DNA from: Octopus vulgaris
Taxonomy: Eukaryota
Direction: 5' to 3'
NCBI GenBank assembly: GCA_951406725.2
Contig: OX597816.1
Span: 180,854,001-180,918,000, forward strand
Length of the DNA: 64,000 nt
The translations under genes and the position numbers were made by a program. This document shows positions 38,611-52,168 of this stretch, one piece after another. Numbering within the stretch: position 1 is the stretch's first letter; the number at the start of each line of letters is the position of its first letter. Below the pieces are notes generated by a model. It did no database searches. It was not told the DNA's origin and was given only the letters and a program-made list of their open reading frames with translations.

Positions 38611-38656
38611 AAAACTGTTACTCAGAGTTTCACGTTCTCGTTCGTCGGACAGTTTT
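38611..38656 (-). ncRNA. Type I hammerhead motif with CCGACGA core variant
   Basis: AAAACTGT-CCGACGA-ACG-AGAA-CGT-GAAAC-TCTGA-GTA-ACAGTTTT. Stem I is 8 bp and all three stems pair. Confidence 0.75.
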
Positions 38657-38991
38657 GTTTAGAATGGAACAAAACTAAAGTTATATGCATAAATATACAA
38701 CTACGTTGATTGATACACATTTGAAAATTGTTTTGTTTCATTGGTCCTTTTCAACTAACGGTCTTTTCAATAACCGGTTACATGAAATTACAATTACGAT
38801 TTAAAATCATATCATTATAAAAACGGAAGAAAACCTAAATCAAAAATGTTTATGAAGAAAGAAAAAGACCTGAATACCCAAGGTAAATAATTAGTGGTAA
38901 AAATAATTATACATTTAAATAAATTAAAAGATGTATCTGTTTTAAAATCTCTCATAAAAAAAATAACATGCTGAAATGCATATACATTTAG

Positions 38992-39495
38992 CAATACATA
39001 CACATACCAAACAACCACAGTGCAGGATCTAATCTGAGGAACTGCAATTTCAAAGATAAGACTTGCTGTCCGTTAGAAGGTAAATGTCTTGAAAAAGGAC
39101 CTGTTTATAGAGCTAAAGTTCAAATAGATGGCTCACAAGGATGTAAAACTTGCACAGGGGCTTCGGAAAATTCAGTCAACAATCGGTTTTATTCCCACCG
39201 AAATTCTTTTCGATACCCTGAGAATAGGACAGCAACAAGTCTTGGAAAACATTTCTGGCAATTAAAAGAGAATGACAACCGTCTTTTCAATACCAGTTGG
39301 GCAATTTTGAAAAAAGCACCATCATACAAACATGGAGTTTATAAAAGACCTATGAAATGTAATCTTTGCCTCTCAGAAAAGTTCTTCATCCATTTCCAGA
39401 ATAAACATGCATTGAACCAGAGACGCGAGCTCATAAATTCCTGCAGGCACGCTACGAGGTTTATAATGTCAACCGAAAAAATACCGTATGGGTAA
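38992..39495 (+). pseudogene. Penelope-like GIY-YIG endonuclease domain (Naiad-like motif pattern), without RT
   Basis: Stop-free frame of about 167 codons: CNFKDKTCCPLEGKCLEKGPVYRAKV..KTCTGASE..RFYSHRNSF..TSLGKHFWQLKE..WAILKKA..CNLCLSEK..LNQRRELINSCRH. YIG is degenerate (CTG). Confidence 0.85.
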
Positions 39496-39867
39496 AATAT
39501 TTGACTTTCAGAAAATGTTGCCTTTCGCATTTGAATTTGGCTTTATACCTTATATATATAGTTATTTTTGTATTACAATGCTAGTATGTATTTCGACTTC
39601 CTTTCTCATTCATAACCATGGGAACTATGAAAAAATATGACATCACCCCTTCTTTTCTTATTTATCTATCACCCCTTCCTTTCTTATTCATAAACACAAG
39701 AGTATTATTATAGTAGATTATCTCGGTAACCATGAGAGGTATGAAAAAATAAAAAGCCCAGCATCACCACCGGATCATTCTACACACCTGTGTAATTTTT
39801 TCGCGCAATTCCACCCAGCCATTTGACCGTGAATCCCAAGACAAGAAAGAATCGCACATGTCAAATT

Positions 39868-39924
<57 letters not shown>

Positions 39925-40744
39925 CGTATAATTTGGCTCGAACACCCAGGGTGTCTTCTTTTTTTGAGGAACAATTTGATTAACAGCCAACGGCGCTGGC
40001 GAGCATAGAATTTAAAATGTAATTGAGAAAAATTTACCTGACATGGAGGACTGTAAGCCATCCGAATATTGGAAAAGAGTTACCTGTATCATGATGATTT
40101 GCACCTGGTATCAAAATGCCGACAACATGATTGCTGTTCAATGCTCTGTTATTGTAAAGGCTGTAAGACGTGGTATGGACATCTACAACGGCGACTACGA
40201 GGCCGTAACCAGCAGGCATTCTGATCGTGTCCGCACGCCGGAATTCATCTCCACATCTTTAAACAGGGCCTTTGCTCAATGTAGATGGTTATGTGAAGCT
40301 GCTGAAGACTATGATTAAATCCTGGCTGGGGAGTGTTGCTGCTGGAAGGCCATATGTGCAGAAATGAATCAGAAGTGATTATCGGAGAATTTCTACTTCA
40401 TCAGAACCAATTTCTGACCTCCTAATTTTCCTGATAGTAATCCTATGTGTTGAGCGCGGTTGAGAAAGACACCAGCCACTCTATCTGCAACAGCAAGGCC
40501 GAACTGGTGACCAAGATCAAGAAGTTCGAAGAATTTTTCAGGAGCATAGCGAAGAATGCATGAATCAGATTCCGGACCCATTATGAGGGTGTGGTTGAAG
40601 CTGAGGGTGGCTACACTGAGTAAACACCCAGCCATAATCTAGTTGATATTTTTTGATTTAATAAAAAAAACAATCTTTTACTTTTGGGAAGGATATTGCA
40701 TTTTATTTTATTTTTATGCAATGTGTCAAATTTAGACCGAAGAC

Positions 40745-40748
<4 letters not shown>
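39925..40748 (+). pseudogene. Internally deleted maT/DD37D-like transposon
   Basis: MEDCKPSEYWKR N-terminus and an NF*PPNFPDSNP motif; homologous to 51563-52106. Confidence 0.75.
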
Positions 40749-40779
<31 letters not shown>

Positions 40780-40844
40780 TGTATCATCCGTCGTCGGCTG
40801 TCACGACATATTACTATTCTGTCGGCTAGAATTGAGATTATTCA

Positions 40845-41860
40845 TAATCATCATTGTTCGACCGTGGTCGAGACAATGGAATTTACCATGCTACGCCAGA
40901 CTTCACGGTCCATCATGGCATTACGGAGGTCCTGTTGCTGGATGGCACTTCCACGAGAGATTTTGAGCTCTCATAAGGAGGCGAGTGTAGGTTCCATCCA
41001 ACAGCCTCTCAAGCTTCTTTGATAACGTCCAGGTTTCTGAGCCATATAGTAGAATTGGTTCGACTGTGGCTTTGAAGATTTCAAGTTTGAAGTCTCTACT
41101 TGTCAGTCATTACAGGCTGACCAGGCCATACCTTTTCTAGTTAGGAAGTCTTTTCCAGACGATGATATGTATGACCCAAGATATTTATAATCAGAAACCA
41201 TATTTAAGGGTGCATTGTTGAGAGTATGGATGATGCAATCACTGTTGGACAGGCACTTGTTTATGTATTCAGTTTTGACCTCATTGAGGTAAAGACCTAC
41301 ACAATTTGAGGCTTGTTCAAGAGATTGTAAAAGAGACTGGGCATTGGAGAGAGAATCACTGATAAGAGCGATGTCGTCAGCAAAGTCAGTGTCTGCCAAG
41401 TACTCAGCTGGGTGTCTGGAACTTCTTCTTGGTTTTATTTCAAAGCCCTTGCCAGAGATGGTATTAACTGACATACGTAGCACATAATCAACAACAATGA
41501 TGAAAAGAAATGGGGCGAGTGTGTCTCCCTGCAGTATTCCGGCTTTGATTGAGAAAGATGATGTTTCTCCGTCAGGGGTTAAGATGGTTGAAGACGTATC
41601 TGTGTAGAGGACCTTGATGGCAGAAATGATTTTGTCTGGTATCCCATAGAGCTTAAGGATTTCAAACATCTTGTACCTATCTACAGAATCGAACGCTTTA
41701 GAAAAGTCTACAAATACCATTGCAAGATCGCGATTAAATGCTTTTGATTCTTCAATAAGTCTGCGTAGGCATAGTATCTGGCTCAGCGTTGAGCGCCCAT
41801 GACTGAATCCATTTTGGTTCTTTCGGAGCAATGGTTCAACAAAAAGGACAAGATTATTAC
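40845..41860 (-). pseudogene. RTE-group LINE fragment with a 242-aa open RT segment (41103-41831)
   Basis: Motifs QNGF..GRST, FVDFSKAFDSV, GILQGDTLAPFLF, DFADDIAL and YKYLGSYI. The C-terminus AMMDREVWRSMVNSIVSTTVEQ* lies further downstream. 5'-truncated. Confidence 0.92.
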
Positions 41861-42005
41861 GTTCCGCTGGAAGGTTTAGTGGGTTCCTATTGATATTACT
41901 GCATAATTTGTGATTTTCTATTATTTACGACAGCTATATCCTGCGCAAAGTTTGGTTTGGTGAAATACGATAATCCAACAGTGTGCCTCTTAAAGATGCT
42001 ATGTT

Positions 42006-42733
42006 ACTTGTGTGTAGGGGAAATTTTATCGAAATTTTATGTGTGTGTAGGGGAAATTTTACTTGTGTGTAGGGGAAATTTTATCGAAATTTTATGTGTG
42101 TGTAGGGGAAATTTTACTTGTGTGTAGGGGAAATTTTATCGAAATTTTATGTGTGTGTAGGGGAAATTTTACTTGTGTGTAGGGGAAATTTTATCGAAAT
42201 TTTATGTGTGTGTAGGGGAAATTTTATCGAAATTTTATGTGTGTGTAGGGGAAATTTTACTTGTGTGTAGGGGAAATTTTATCGAAATTTTATGTGTGTG
42301 TAGGGGAAATTTTACTTGTGTGTAGGGGAAATTTTATCGAAATTTTATGTGTGTGTAGGGGAAATTTTACTTGTGTGTAGGGGAAATTTTATCGAAATTT
42401 TATGTGTGTGTAGGGGAAATTTTACTTGTGTGTAGGGGAAATTTTATCGAAATTTTATGTGTGTGTAGGGGAAATTTTACTTGTGTGTAGGGAAATTTTA
42501 TCGAAATTTTATGTGTGTGTAGGGGAAATTTTACTTGTGTGTAGGGGAAATTTTATCGAAATTTTATGTGTGTGTAGGGGAAATTTTACTTGTGTGTAGG
42601 GGAAATTTTATCGAAATTTTATGTGTGTGTAGGGGAAATTTTACTTGTGTGTAGGGGAAATTTTATCGAAATTTTATGTGTGTGTAGGGGAAATTTTACT
42701 TGTGTGTAGGGGAAATTTTATCGAAATTTTATC
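42006..42733. repeat. 55-bp minisatellite, about 13 units built from 11-bp modules
   Basis: Unit ACTTGTGTGTA GGGGAAATTTT ATCGAAATTTT ATGTGTGTGTA GGGGAAATTTT. Confidence 0.95.
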
Positions 42734-43459
42734 AAGATACCATTTGCATCCGTAGTTACGTGTAGCCTGAGAAGGTGATTGAACCATGTTATGCTCCTTT
42801 TACATAACCTGTTCTTTTTAATTATAATTGTATAATTTATATCCTCCAGACCACTGGGTTTATTAGTATTTGCTATATTTCTACCTCTATTTCATAACAG
42901 ATAGTTAGGTATAAATACTTGTGTTGAGACGAGTTAACACTTATATTCTGAAACTTACAAGAACAATTATTCGTTTTAAGTATATATAACTCTCAGAGGA
43001 TTCGGGAGCGTTATTAGGGGCGGGGTATTAAATGATTTAAACTCTCTTCCACCCCACTTCCCCTAGGTTATATATTCAGGCTCGCTCCTATGAATATGTA
43101 TATAATACATGCATGCATACATTTATAGAAATATGTGTGAATATGTGCTTGTGTGTAATGAGTGTAATAAAAGAAAACGGAACGGTTATGACAGGCTGAC
43201 AGCACAAAGGGAATTTAGTGGTTCTGGTCTGACTATGCTACCTGTGCATGGTCATCATCTGAGATCATCGAAATTGTAAGGCTTTGTATTTGTAATTGAT
43301 ATGTATATAAAGAATATAGTGTTGTAAAAGTTTTTCTAGATTTGTACAGTGATTCTCATAAACATTTTATTTATAGATGTAATATCTTTAAACAGACACT
43401 TTCGGAGGTGATGTCATAATGAATTGTAGATTTACTTTGTCTGATAGTTTAACCCAACT

Positions 43460-43930
43460 ACTTGGTCCTTAGTGGAGTTCACTCTGTTGTAAGCATTGCA
43501 GCACGGGTATGAGAATTACTTCAACCCATCTGAAAGTGCTATGGAGTGGCTCTTTCTCCTCTGACAAAGCGATAATAAGAAAATGAATTCGTGTACAGGT
43601 TATCGAAAATTGAAAAGTAGTTTGATCTGCACAGGAATGTGAGGTTAAAGGTAACAGCGGGCAAATCATTTCTGTAGAGAAGGAAGAATATGAGGGACAT
43701 TACTGATCCTTGAGGTATACAAGAATTGATGGGAATGAGTTTTATTAGTGCACGCTGTCATGCGGGTAGTCTGACACAAAATCTCTGATCCAAGAAATAA
43801 AACATTGATAGAGTTTTAAGTTGACAAACTTAGCTAGTTCACATGTCAGACACGGTTGAAGATGTTTATTATATAAAAAAAGAACAATGCTTTCGCCAAA
43901 GCACTCAGTATTTTTGCCTACGCAAACCAT
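43460..43930 (-). pseudogene. CR1/Jockey-type RT relic
   Basis: The minus strand gives ISWIRDFVSD..IPQGSVMSLIFFLLYRNDLP. Confidence 0.65.
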
Positions 43931-44149
43931 TATAATCACCACAAGGTCGACTCCTTGTTGCGGTGTGGTGGCTTGTATGTTCCAATGACCCTGAGAACTA
44001 TGCCAGTAGAACACAAGCTCCTTCTAGGGCCTTCCATGCTGGAATGGTCATAGGATAGAGGCCATACTAACATGGTTAATCTCTTCTTGGTCGTAAAAAT
44101 TTGTTTGCATAGAGCCAATACCCCTACCTAGAAAAAAGCAAAGTTATAG

Positions 44150-44395
44150 AAACATCGATGACAATTCAAACGAACAAGACCTGGGAACGAAGGGCTTCCC
44201 CCAAGTATCTTGAACCCAAAGGGAGGTGGAAGAAAGTACGCCTTAAAAATAGCTGGAGGCAGGATACTGAGACAGAGCTGGAAAAAAAAAACAGAAAACA
44301 AATGAAGAGAAGCAGAAAAGACGACTTAGAGTCGAAAACAATGGAGAAAAGTTGCTGGTGGCCTAAGCTCCAGAGGGAGCGAAGGACTTGATTAA
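44150..44395 (+). pseudogene. RTE-type LINE 3' fragment
   Basis: EPKGRWKKVRLKNSWRQDTETELEK resembles the RTE C-terminal P.G.R.RGRPK.TWRR motif. Confidence 0.55.
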
Positions 44396-47300
44396 GTTTG
44401 CCAATCACTTGTTTCTTCAGGCTTTATTTTTTATCTATTTTCCAAATAGATAAAATTCTGAATGATTATTATTGTTGTTATTATTATTATTGTCATTATT
44501 ATCATAATCAAGTAAATTCTTGAAGCATTACATTAAATACTGTCATACACCATGTCTAGCTTTCTGCCAATTCCAAATAGGTTATCTGTTCAATTTCAAA
44601 CAATGAAGCCATCAATAATATGTCGGATAACATATCTACAAACACCATCTTTCCGTTCAAGATATAAAAGAAACGAAAAATATATTGTTCGTGAAATATC
44701 AATACTTTGTGCTCTAGATAGGAGATGTAATGGTATAATCCAACTTACTTCAGAAATTTGCGGTGATCCAATTCTCTCTGATTAAATTTTAAAAAAGACA
44801 AAGCAACGACAAATATGTCAGTTATATTTTCCCAATTATATTTTTATTGGCGAATATGAAATAACGATAAAAAATTCATTGGTATTCCGACTTTTATTAT
44901 TATTATTGTTGTTATTATTATTATTGTCATTATTATCATAATGTTTTTGTCGTTTTTGTGGGGAAAAAAAATCAATATTTTCAGATTAAGATAGATATGA
45001 GCAGAGGCAAACAGAAAACAGTTAGCTATGTGATATCTGTCAAATTGCTACAGTCGGGTTTAGAAAAAACCCAAATGGAATGTGTTGCACGTGACCAAGC
45101 TGCGGAAGGTCGTCTGAAAGAATATTCCCTTAGATAAAATTATGAATGATTTTGTTTTCTCTTCTCAGCAAATATGGTTCCACCGGTCATTGATGTCCCC
45201 ACAAAGAAAAATGTTCAAATTTTATTTTGCATTGAAAGAGCATCTAATGAGCATAAAAAGTATATAATATATAAAAGATAATAAAAAAAAAACAGAAATC
45301 AATCCATCAAAAAAGAAGCATTATTATTATTATAATAATAATTTTTTTTTCTTTAGAATTATTACCTCGTTGGATAGTGAGTGAATTCTCAAATGATGCT
45401 TCTACTAATGATAGTCTTAGGACCACGCACACATACACACCCACACATACACATACACGCACACACACAAATGGTTTATGTTTTTTTTACGTTTACAAAA
45501 TAAATAATGTATAAAAATAAAAAAAGAAAACAATCCATGGAAAGTTCCACAGCCAAATGCGAATGAAATAAAGTTTCCTCTTTCTTTTTCCTCAAGATTT
45601 AAATACAAATTTGCGAAAAAAAAAAGAAAGAAAAAAGTAAAACAAGCAAAAAAACATTGAATTTATATATATTCGACCAGGAAAGCAAAGGAAAATAAAA
45701 TATTCAAGCGAAAAATGTTGTTTGCGGTTATCAATTCCAGATACACCTTAGTTTTCATTGCAAGAGAGAATTCGAAGCTATATTTATATAATGCATCCCC
45801 CCACCCTTTTTTTTCAAAGTTTCTTTGCACGCCCAATTTCGAAAATTGAAAAAGGTCAGTGTTTTCTAATTGAATTAATTATAATTTAAAGATAGCTTTT
45901 GGCAATGAATTAAAAATTATTCTTGTGGCTTTCTTAAAACAACACTCAAATCTATATGAAACAATTTTGTTTTAAAGAAATTTGGATATACAAATGCATC
46001 ACACCTTGATTCTCTGCGTACGAGTGCCTGTATACGTACATATGATTGTGTGGGTGGGTGCGCGTGTGTGTATGCATCTCTATTGGTGTGTGAACGGTAT
46101 TTCTATCAACACATCTAACTCTCTCTCCCTTCCACTACATACTACTACTACTACTACTATAATTTTTATGCATGTACATACACACACACGCACATACACA
46201 CGTGTGCGCATGCGCGTATACTCAAACTTGCACATGGGCATACACATAGGAAGTCACATTCAAATCATCTTAATGTAGAACTTCTAAAGTGAGCTAATGA
46301 TTGCATATACCATTTTACTGACATGATATATTACTGTGAACTAATTTACTACAACTAACAGTTATATCTATGAAAATGGAACTCAATTTCTTACATACTA
46401 CTTTGCGTTTATTTGGTGTTGAAGAGGTGAGATGCTATGATGTTCATGCCTTTCCCAAAAGCATTTGAGGTATAAGTAAACTAAATTAGCACAGCCGGAT
46501 ATCGAAAGTAGGCATGTTTAATTCAATGGCGCCCATCATATTTTAAGTTATATATCAGAAGTGCTCATGATGCATGCAAACGCCGCACAGGCAACCGGTA
46601 CATCATAGCTATCAACTATTGTTACAACTTTTCGAACACTTGCGGCACTGATATTACACCTCATTGGTGTACTACACTAGCAAATGATATAATGATAAAG
46701 TGCTATACTATACTAATAAATTTGCAATAATAGTGATATAAAAAAAATTAATATTTTTGTTTATAAACTGAACTACTGAATAAAGAAAACACACACCAGT
46801 TAAACAGTTTCTTTTATTTGCCACCTGGAATTCAGCAAACAGTAAATTAGTGTTGAACATTTTGTAACAATTATTTTTGAAGAATATTTTTATAATTCAT
46901 TTTAAAACATATATAATGATATAAATGATCAATGCAGCAGATGTCTTGATTCAAACAAAATATATTTAAAATATTAATAAAGAAATTCAAGAATCGGAAA
47001 AAATCGTACAAGCGGCAATATTTCAAGAATTTGTGAATCTTGAATTTTGTTTGTTTTCATGTATTTTTTTCATCAGTAGTAATGAGATCGTTGACATCTC
47101 CTTATTGTCATATAATAAAACTTTATTTATTTGATATCATATATTGTTATTAAGATAATGGTTGATATTTCGTTATCACTATATTATATACACAACAACA
47201 TAACTCAATAATATGTATTTTCAGTGAAGTAAAAGCTACCTCTTCGCTGATGGAATCATAAGAGCATTGCCAATGATTGATATGTAAAATTCAAGCTGTT

Positions 47301-48220
47301 TAAAACATAAGAGGGTGAGTCGAGAGCTTCCATAGAATTATACCTACTTATAAAATTTTAAATCTAAATCCGGTTTCGGTACGAAAAATTTTGTTTTCAA
47401 GCAAATCATTTCTTGATATATATTCCTATTTTGATGACAATCTGTTTTGATACAAGCTCTTTACTGCCATTTTATGTAACCATTTTGAAAATTCTCCTCT
47501 CACACACTCTCTCTTTCTCTCTCTCATTTACTCTCTCTCTCTCTCTCCCTTACCCTTTCTGTGTCTATCTCTCTTTCTTGTTCTTACTACTTCACTCTTC
47601 CCCCTCACGTAGCTTTTTTTCCTAATAGATTTTTGCTTTGCATCCCAAATTCATTTCTTAATTTCTCATCTTCAGTACTTCCGAAACCTAACGTGCCTAC
47701 GTCGGGTTCAAGTGAGTAAACCATTAATGCTTCAAAATTATATCCATGTTTCTTCCACTTTTGTAATTGTTTTGCTATTACAAGTGTCATAGTTACTCTA
47801 CCATGATTAAATTATAAAAGATTGCCGACATACTCCTGATTCGTGGCAGAGTAAATCAATGAACTTTTCTGTACAATGTTGGGCTTGTGAAAAAAATATA
47901 TAAATAAAAAAAACCCAAAAAAAAAACAAAATCAAATCGTAAACTAAAATAAAGAATCACACACACTCACGCGCTCACATATACATTAAAGATAATTGAA
48001 CAGTTCTCTGTAAATATTATTTTTATGGTTGTTGTTTGGCTTTATTAAAAAAAAACGTAAGAAAGAAGCTGTTCAGTGAAATTCTTTCAAACATACGTTA
48101 ACATAGAAGCTATTTCTATGATAACATTCTGACATTCACTGCTTTCTAATAATAATTTGTTTTATTAACCCCAAGGCTGATGGATGAGAGGGACATTTCA
48201 AACGGTAGCAGTAGGGCAAT

Positions 48221-48246
48221 ACTACTACTACTACTACTACTACTAC

Positions 48247-48301
<55 letters not shown>

Positions 48302-48350
48302 GACACTCGGCAAGAAATGGAAGCAAATTTGAAAGAAGAAGAAAAAAAAA

Positions 48351-48417
<67 letters not shown>

Positions 48418-48517
48418 TAATTGAAGCATGACCAGTAAACAAATGTCACCTTAGTCTGCTGGCTGTGGACAGCTGACACTTTCCATCATACCCAGCAAAA
48501 TAAGCTGAGTTTTTCAT

Positions 48518-48566
<49 letters not shown>

Positions 48567-48570
48567 TGAT

Positions 48571-48633
<63 letters not shown>
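48221..48633. repeat. (ACT)n/(AAT)n tracts interrupted by short unique inserts
   Basis: Direct reading; inserts at about 48300-48350 and 48420-48519. Confidence 0.9.
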
Positions 48634-49084
48634 TTCTTCGGAAGCCTATTGCTATTATTTCCTTCCAGTCAACCGTTTGTTACACATTTTGTTATTTTAT
48701 ATGGGTCGTATGTTCTTTGTATTGTAACGAGGTTTGCCATTACAAGGGAAAATATATGCTCGTGTGGTTTTTTAAGAATCAAATTACCATTCCTGACAAC
48801 CCCATTGATGAATGACAGTAACTTCAGCAAATACTGTATTAGAGTACATTTCTAGCCTTGGTATTGAACTCAACTCTCAAAGCTTTCGCTGCTGAGAGTG
48901 TTAAGCTTTACTTTTATTATTTCACCTGTTTACAGCCGATATTTCATGTATCGTTCGGTTGGTGAGTGTCATTGCTCCTCGGGGTGGAAGGGAATCACTG
49001 AAGATTTCATTTTTATGTGGTGTAAATGTTGGACAAGTCAGATGTAGTGAACCCATCACATTATGCTCCTTCTCTTTCTCTTAA

Positions 49085-49126
<42 letters not shown>

Positions 49127-49569
49127 TCTTTCTCTCTCTTTCTCTTTCCCTCTTCCTTTCTCTCTCTTTCTCACTCTCTATCTCCCTCTCCCTCTTTTAT
49201 CCACAATGTTTTCCTTTCTCCAAGAGCTATACTCATCTGTTGAAGGAATTTTAATTCATACTTCAGTCCTAGAAGTTGATGAAACGTTTGTCTGATTTAC
49301 AAAGATCCTGCTGCTTGTGTCCACAGTTACTCTGTCAATATTTCATCTAACTGTAGGCCGAGCAGTTTCTGAGTGAAAGCATTTCCTCCACACAACAAAA
49401 CACAGCATCCGTTAACAGGAGATACTAATTATTGACTGCTTGATTAATTAATTAGTACCAATTAATATCATTCAGATATCGTCAAAGGAACGCCACGTTG
49501 AATCTTACATCGAAAATTTTTGAATTTAGGAATAAAAGTTCCAATTCTTAAGACTATTATATTTAATAT

Positions 49570-49772
49570 TGGTTTCAAATTTTGGTACAAATCCAGCAAT
49601 TTCGGTGGAGGGGGCAAGTCTATTATATCGAACCCCAGTTTTAAACTGTTCTTACTTTATCGATCACGAAAGGATGACCTCGGCGGAATTCGAACTCAGA
49701 ACATAAAGACGAACAGCATGCAGCTAAGCATTTTGTCCGGCGTGCTAACGATTCAGTTAGTTCATCGCCTTC
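49570..49772 (-). mobile_element. Nin/Deu-domain SINE
   Basis: Matches 6176-6389. Confidence 0.8.
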
Positions 49773-50202
49773 TCATTTAATATTGAAATAACGCTGTACA
49801 TGAAAACATTGTCAGCAGTTATAATTTGGCAGGTTATTGTCATATTTACATATATACATATAGGATGTTTAAACTGTGGTCAATTAAATCAACTTCCTGT
49901 TCTTGATTTCATCAACCTTTGGAAAATGATGTAAAATCAACGACAACGGGCCTTTGAATTCAAATATCGGTGCTCTACTGATTCCAACGTTCCAAAACTA
50001 TGTTTTGTCACATAATATATTTGTATAAAAAATATGCCTGCGAAGAACAACAATATATAAGGTACATAAAATGATCATGTAGCAGTGTGCAGTCACGTGA
50101 ATTTGTGTGTATATGAACATGTGACTGAAAGGAGAAAAAGATTAGAATCTGATAGTGCTATATACTTGTATTGTGTGTCTGTATACGTACATACATACAG
50201 AC

Positions 50203-50241
<39 letters not shown>

Positions 50242-50349
50242 CCTGCTCGTTTAGCCAGCGGGGTGGCGTCATTCGAAGGCTAAAACAATGCGAGCGCATT
50301 GTGATCAGCGATGTGTAACTACATCTGATGGACTGGTCGGTCACGTGAT

Positions 50350-50395
<46 letters not shown>

Positions 50396-51019
50396 ATATT
50401 CACATACATATACATATACATGCATATGTCTGTATACACATATGTGTGTGTGTGTATACACATGTAAACTCATATGTTAGTGATACGAACAGCAGAAAGA
50501 GTACTCAATATGGGAGATCGGGATTAAACTGTTTGTTACATGATGCCAGAGAGAACATGCTGATATTCAAACTTTCCTGCCAACAGGAAAAGAATCTTAC
50601 TTTATTCGTTCATTTGAATGCAATAAGCTTTTTCTGCTCACAAGAAATTCGAGTCCCTATATATTTTGACTAACTTTACATAATTTAATGCGTACACACA
50701 CACACACACACATGCGCACACACATACGCACAAACATACACACACAACACGCGTATATGTGTGTACCCGTGTGCACGAGTGAGTGTTTGCATGTGTACAT
50801 GTACGTGCAAACATTTGAGTGTAAAAGAGAAAGTGGCAAGAAAGAACTCAATATTAAGATTTGAGTGTTTATGATATTAAAAGCGAGAAAAAATTTACAA
50901 TAGTTACTTCAGCTTGCTAGTTTCTTATTAGATCGTACGAAGATCGGAAACATGAAATTCGGCGCGAACAACTTATGATGCTGAATATATATATATATAT
51001 ATAGAGAGAGTGTGAGAGA

Positions 51020-51235
<216 letters not shown>

Positions 51236-51562
51236 TTGTGTGTACAGTTAGATGTATGACTACTACTGCATGAGTTAGAGCTTCTGGTAGATTATAATTA
51301 TCCAGTCTGGTTCCAGTATACGGCTTCGTTTACCACTAAACTTTGCAGTGTTATTAGTTATATAAATCATAGACGGTAGAAAAGTATGATAAATACCAAT
51401 GTAAATTATTAGTTTTTACGTACATTTCGCCATTGCATTTATTTGGAACCCATCACTGGATGTTCCAAATGCATTTAGATGCCTAACGGCAATAGATCGG
51501 GGGAACACCTTATTGCATTCTGTTACATAGACCTAATATATCAATATTTGCATACACACATA

Positions 51563-52106
51563 CAGTGTTCGGGCAAAATTTGGCGATTTATTACGTCTCC
51601 GTTTTGTTTCAGGGATAGCGTGATGCATTGGTGAACAGTCAACAGCGTTGGAGAGCATAAAGATTTAAGTTGTAGTTGAGAAAATTTTGACGACATGGAG
51701 GACTGGAAGCCATCTGAATAGACAAAAAGTGTTAACAGTATCATGATGATTGGTACCGAGTATCAAAATGCTGACATCATGACTGCTGCTCACTGCTCTG
51801 TCAACATTGCAAAGGCTGTAAGATGTGACGTGGACATCATGAATACCGAGGTCCCCCAAACTCTGATGGCCTTTCGGTGTGTCTTCAGTGATGGTGACAT
51901 CATGCAGCCCTACATCCTCGAGCAGGGTCTTAGGTTCAATTCAGACGGCTATGTGACGTTGCTGGAGGCTCCTTTGTGTAAACTGTTATCTCCCGCCAAA
52001 ATCTAGTTGAAGTTATTCGACTTCATAAGATATTTTATTTTGGGATGGATTATTTTGTTTTTTATAAACTTTTATGCAAACTATCAAATTTAACCCGAAC
52101 ACCCTG
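51563..52106 (+). mobile_element. Internally deleted maT/DD37D-like transposon with both TIRs
   Basis: TA-CAGTGTTCGGGCAAAATTTG ... CAAATTTAACCCGAACACCCTG-TA; remnant VFSDGDIMQPYILEQGLRFNSDGY. Confidence 0.85.
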
Positions 52107-52113
52107 TATACAT

Positions 52114-52168
<55 letters not shown>

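Noticed and set aside
41103-41831. Functional stand-alone reverse transcriptase gene
   Set aside because: No ATG or N-terminus; it is a 5'-truncated LINE with downstream deletions.
42006-42733. CRISPR-like regular array
   Set aside because: There are no unique spacers and no cas genes, and the context is eukaryotic; it is a minisatellite.
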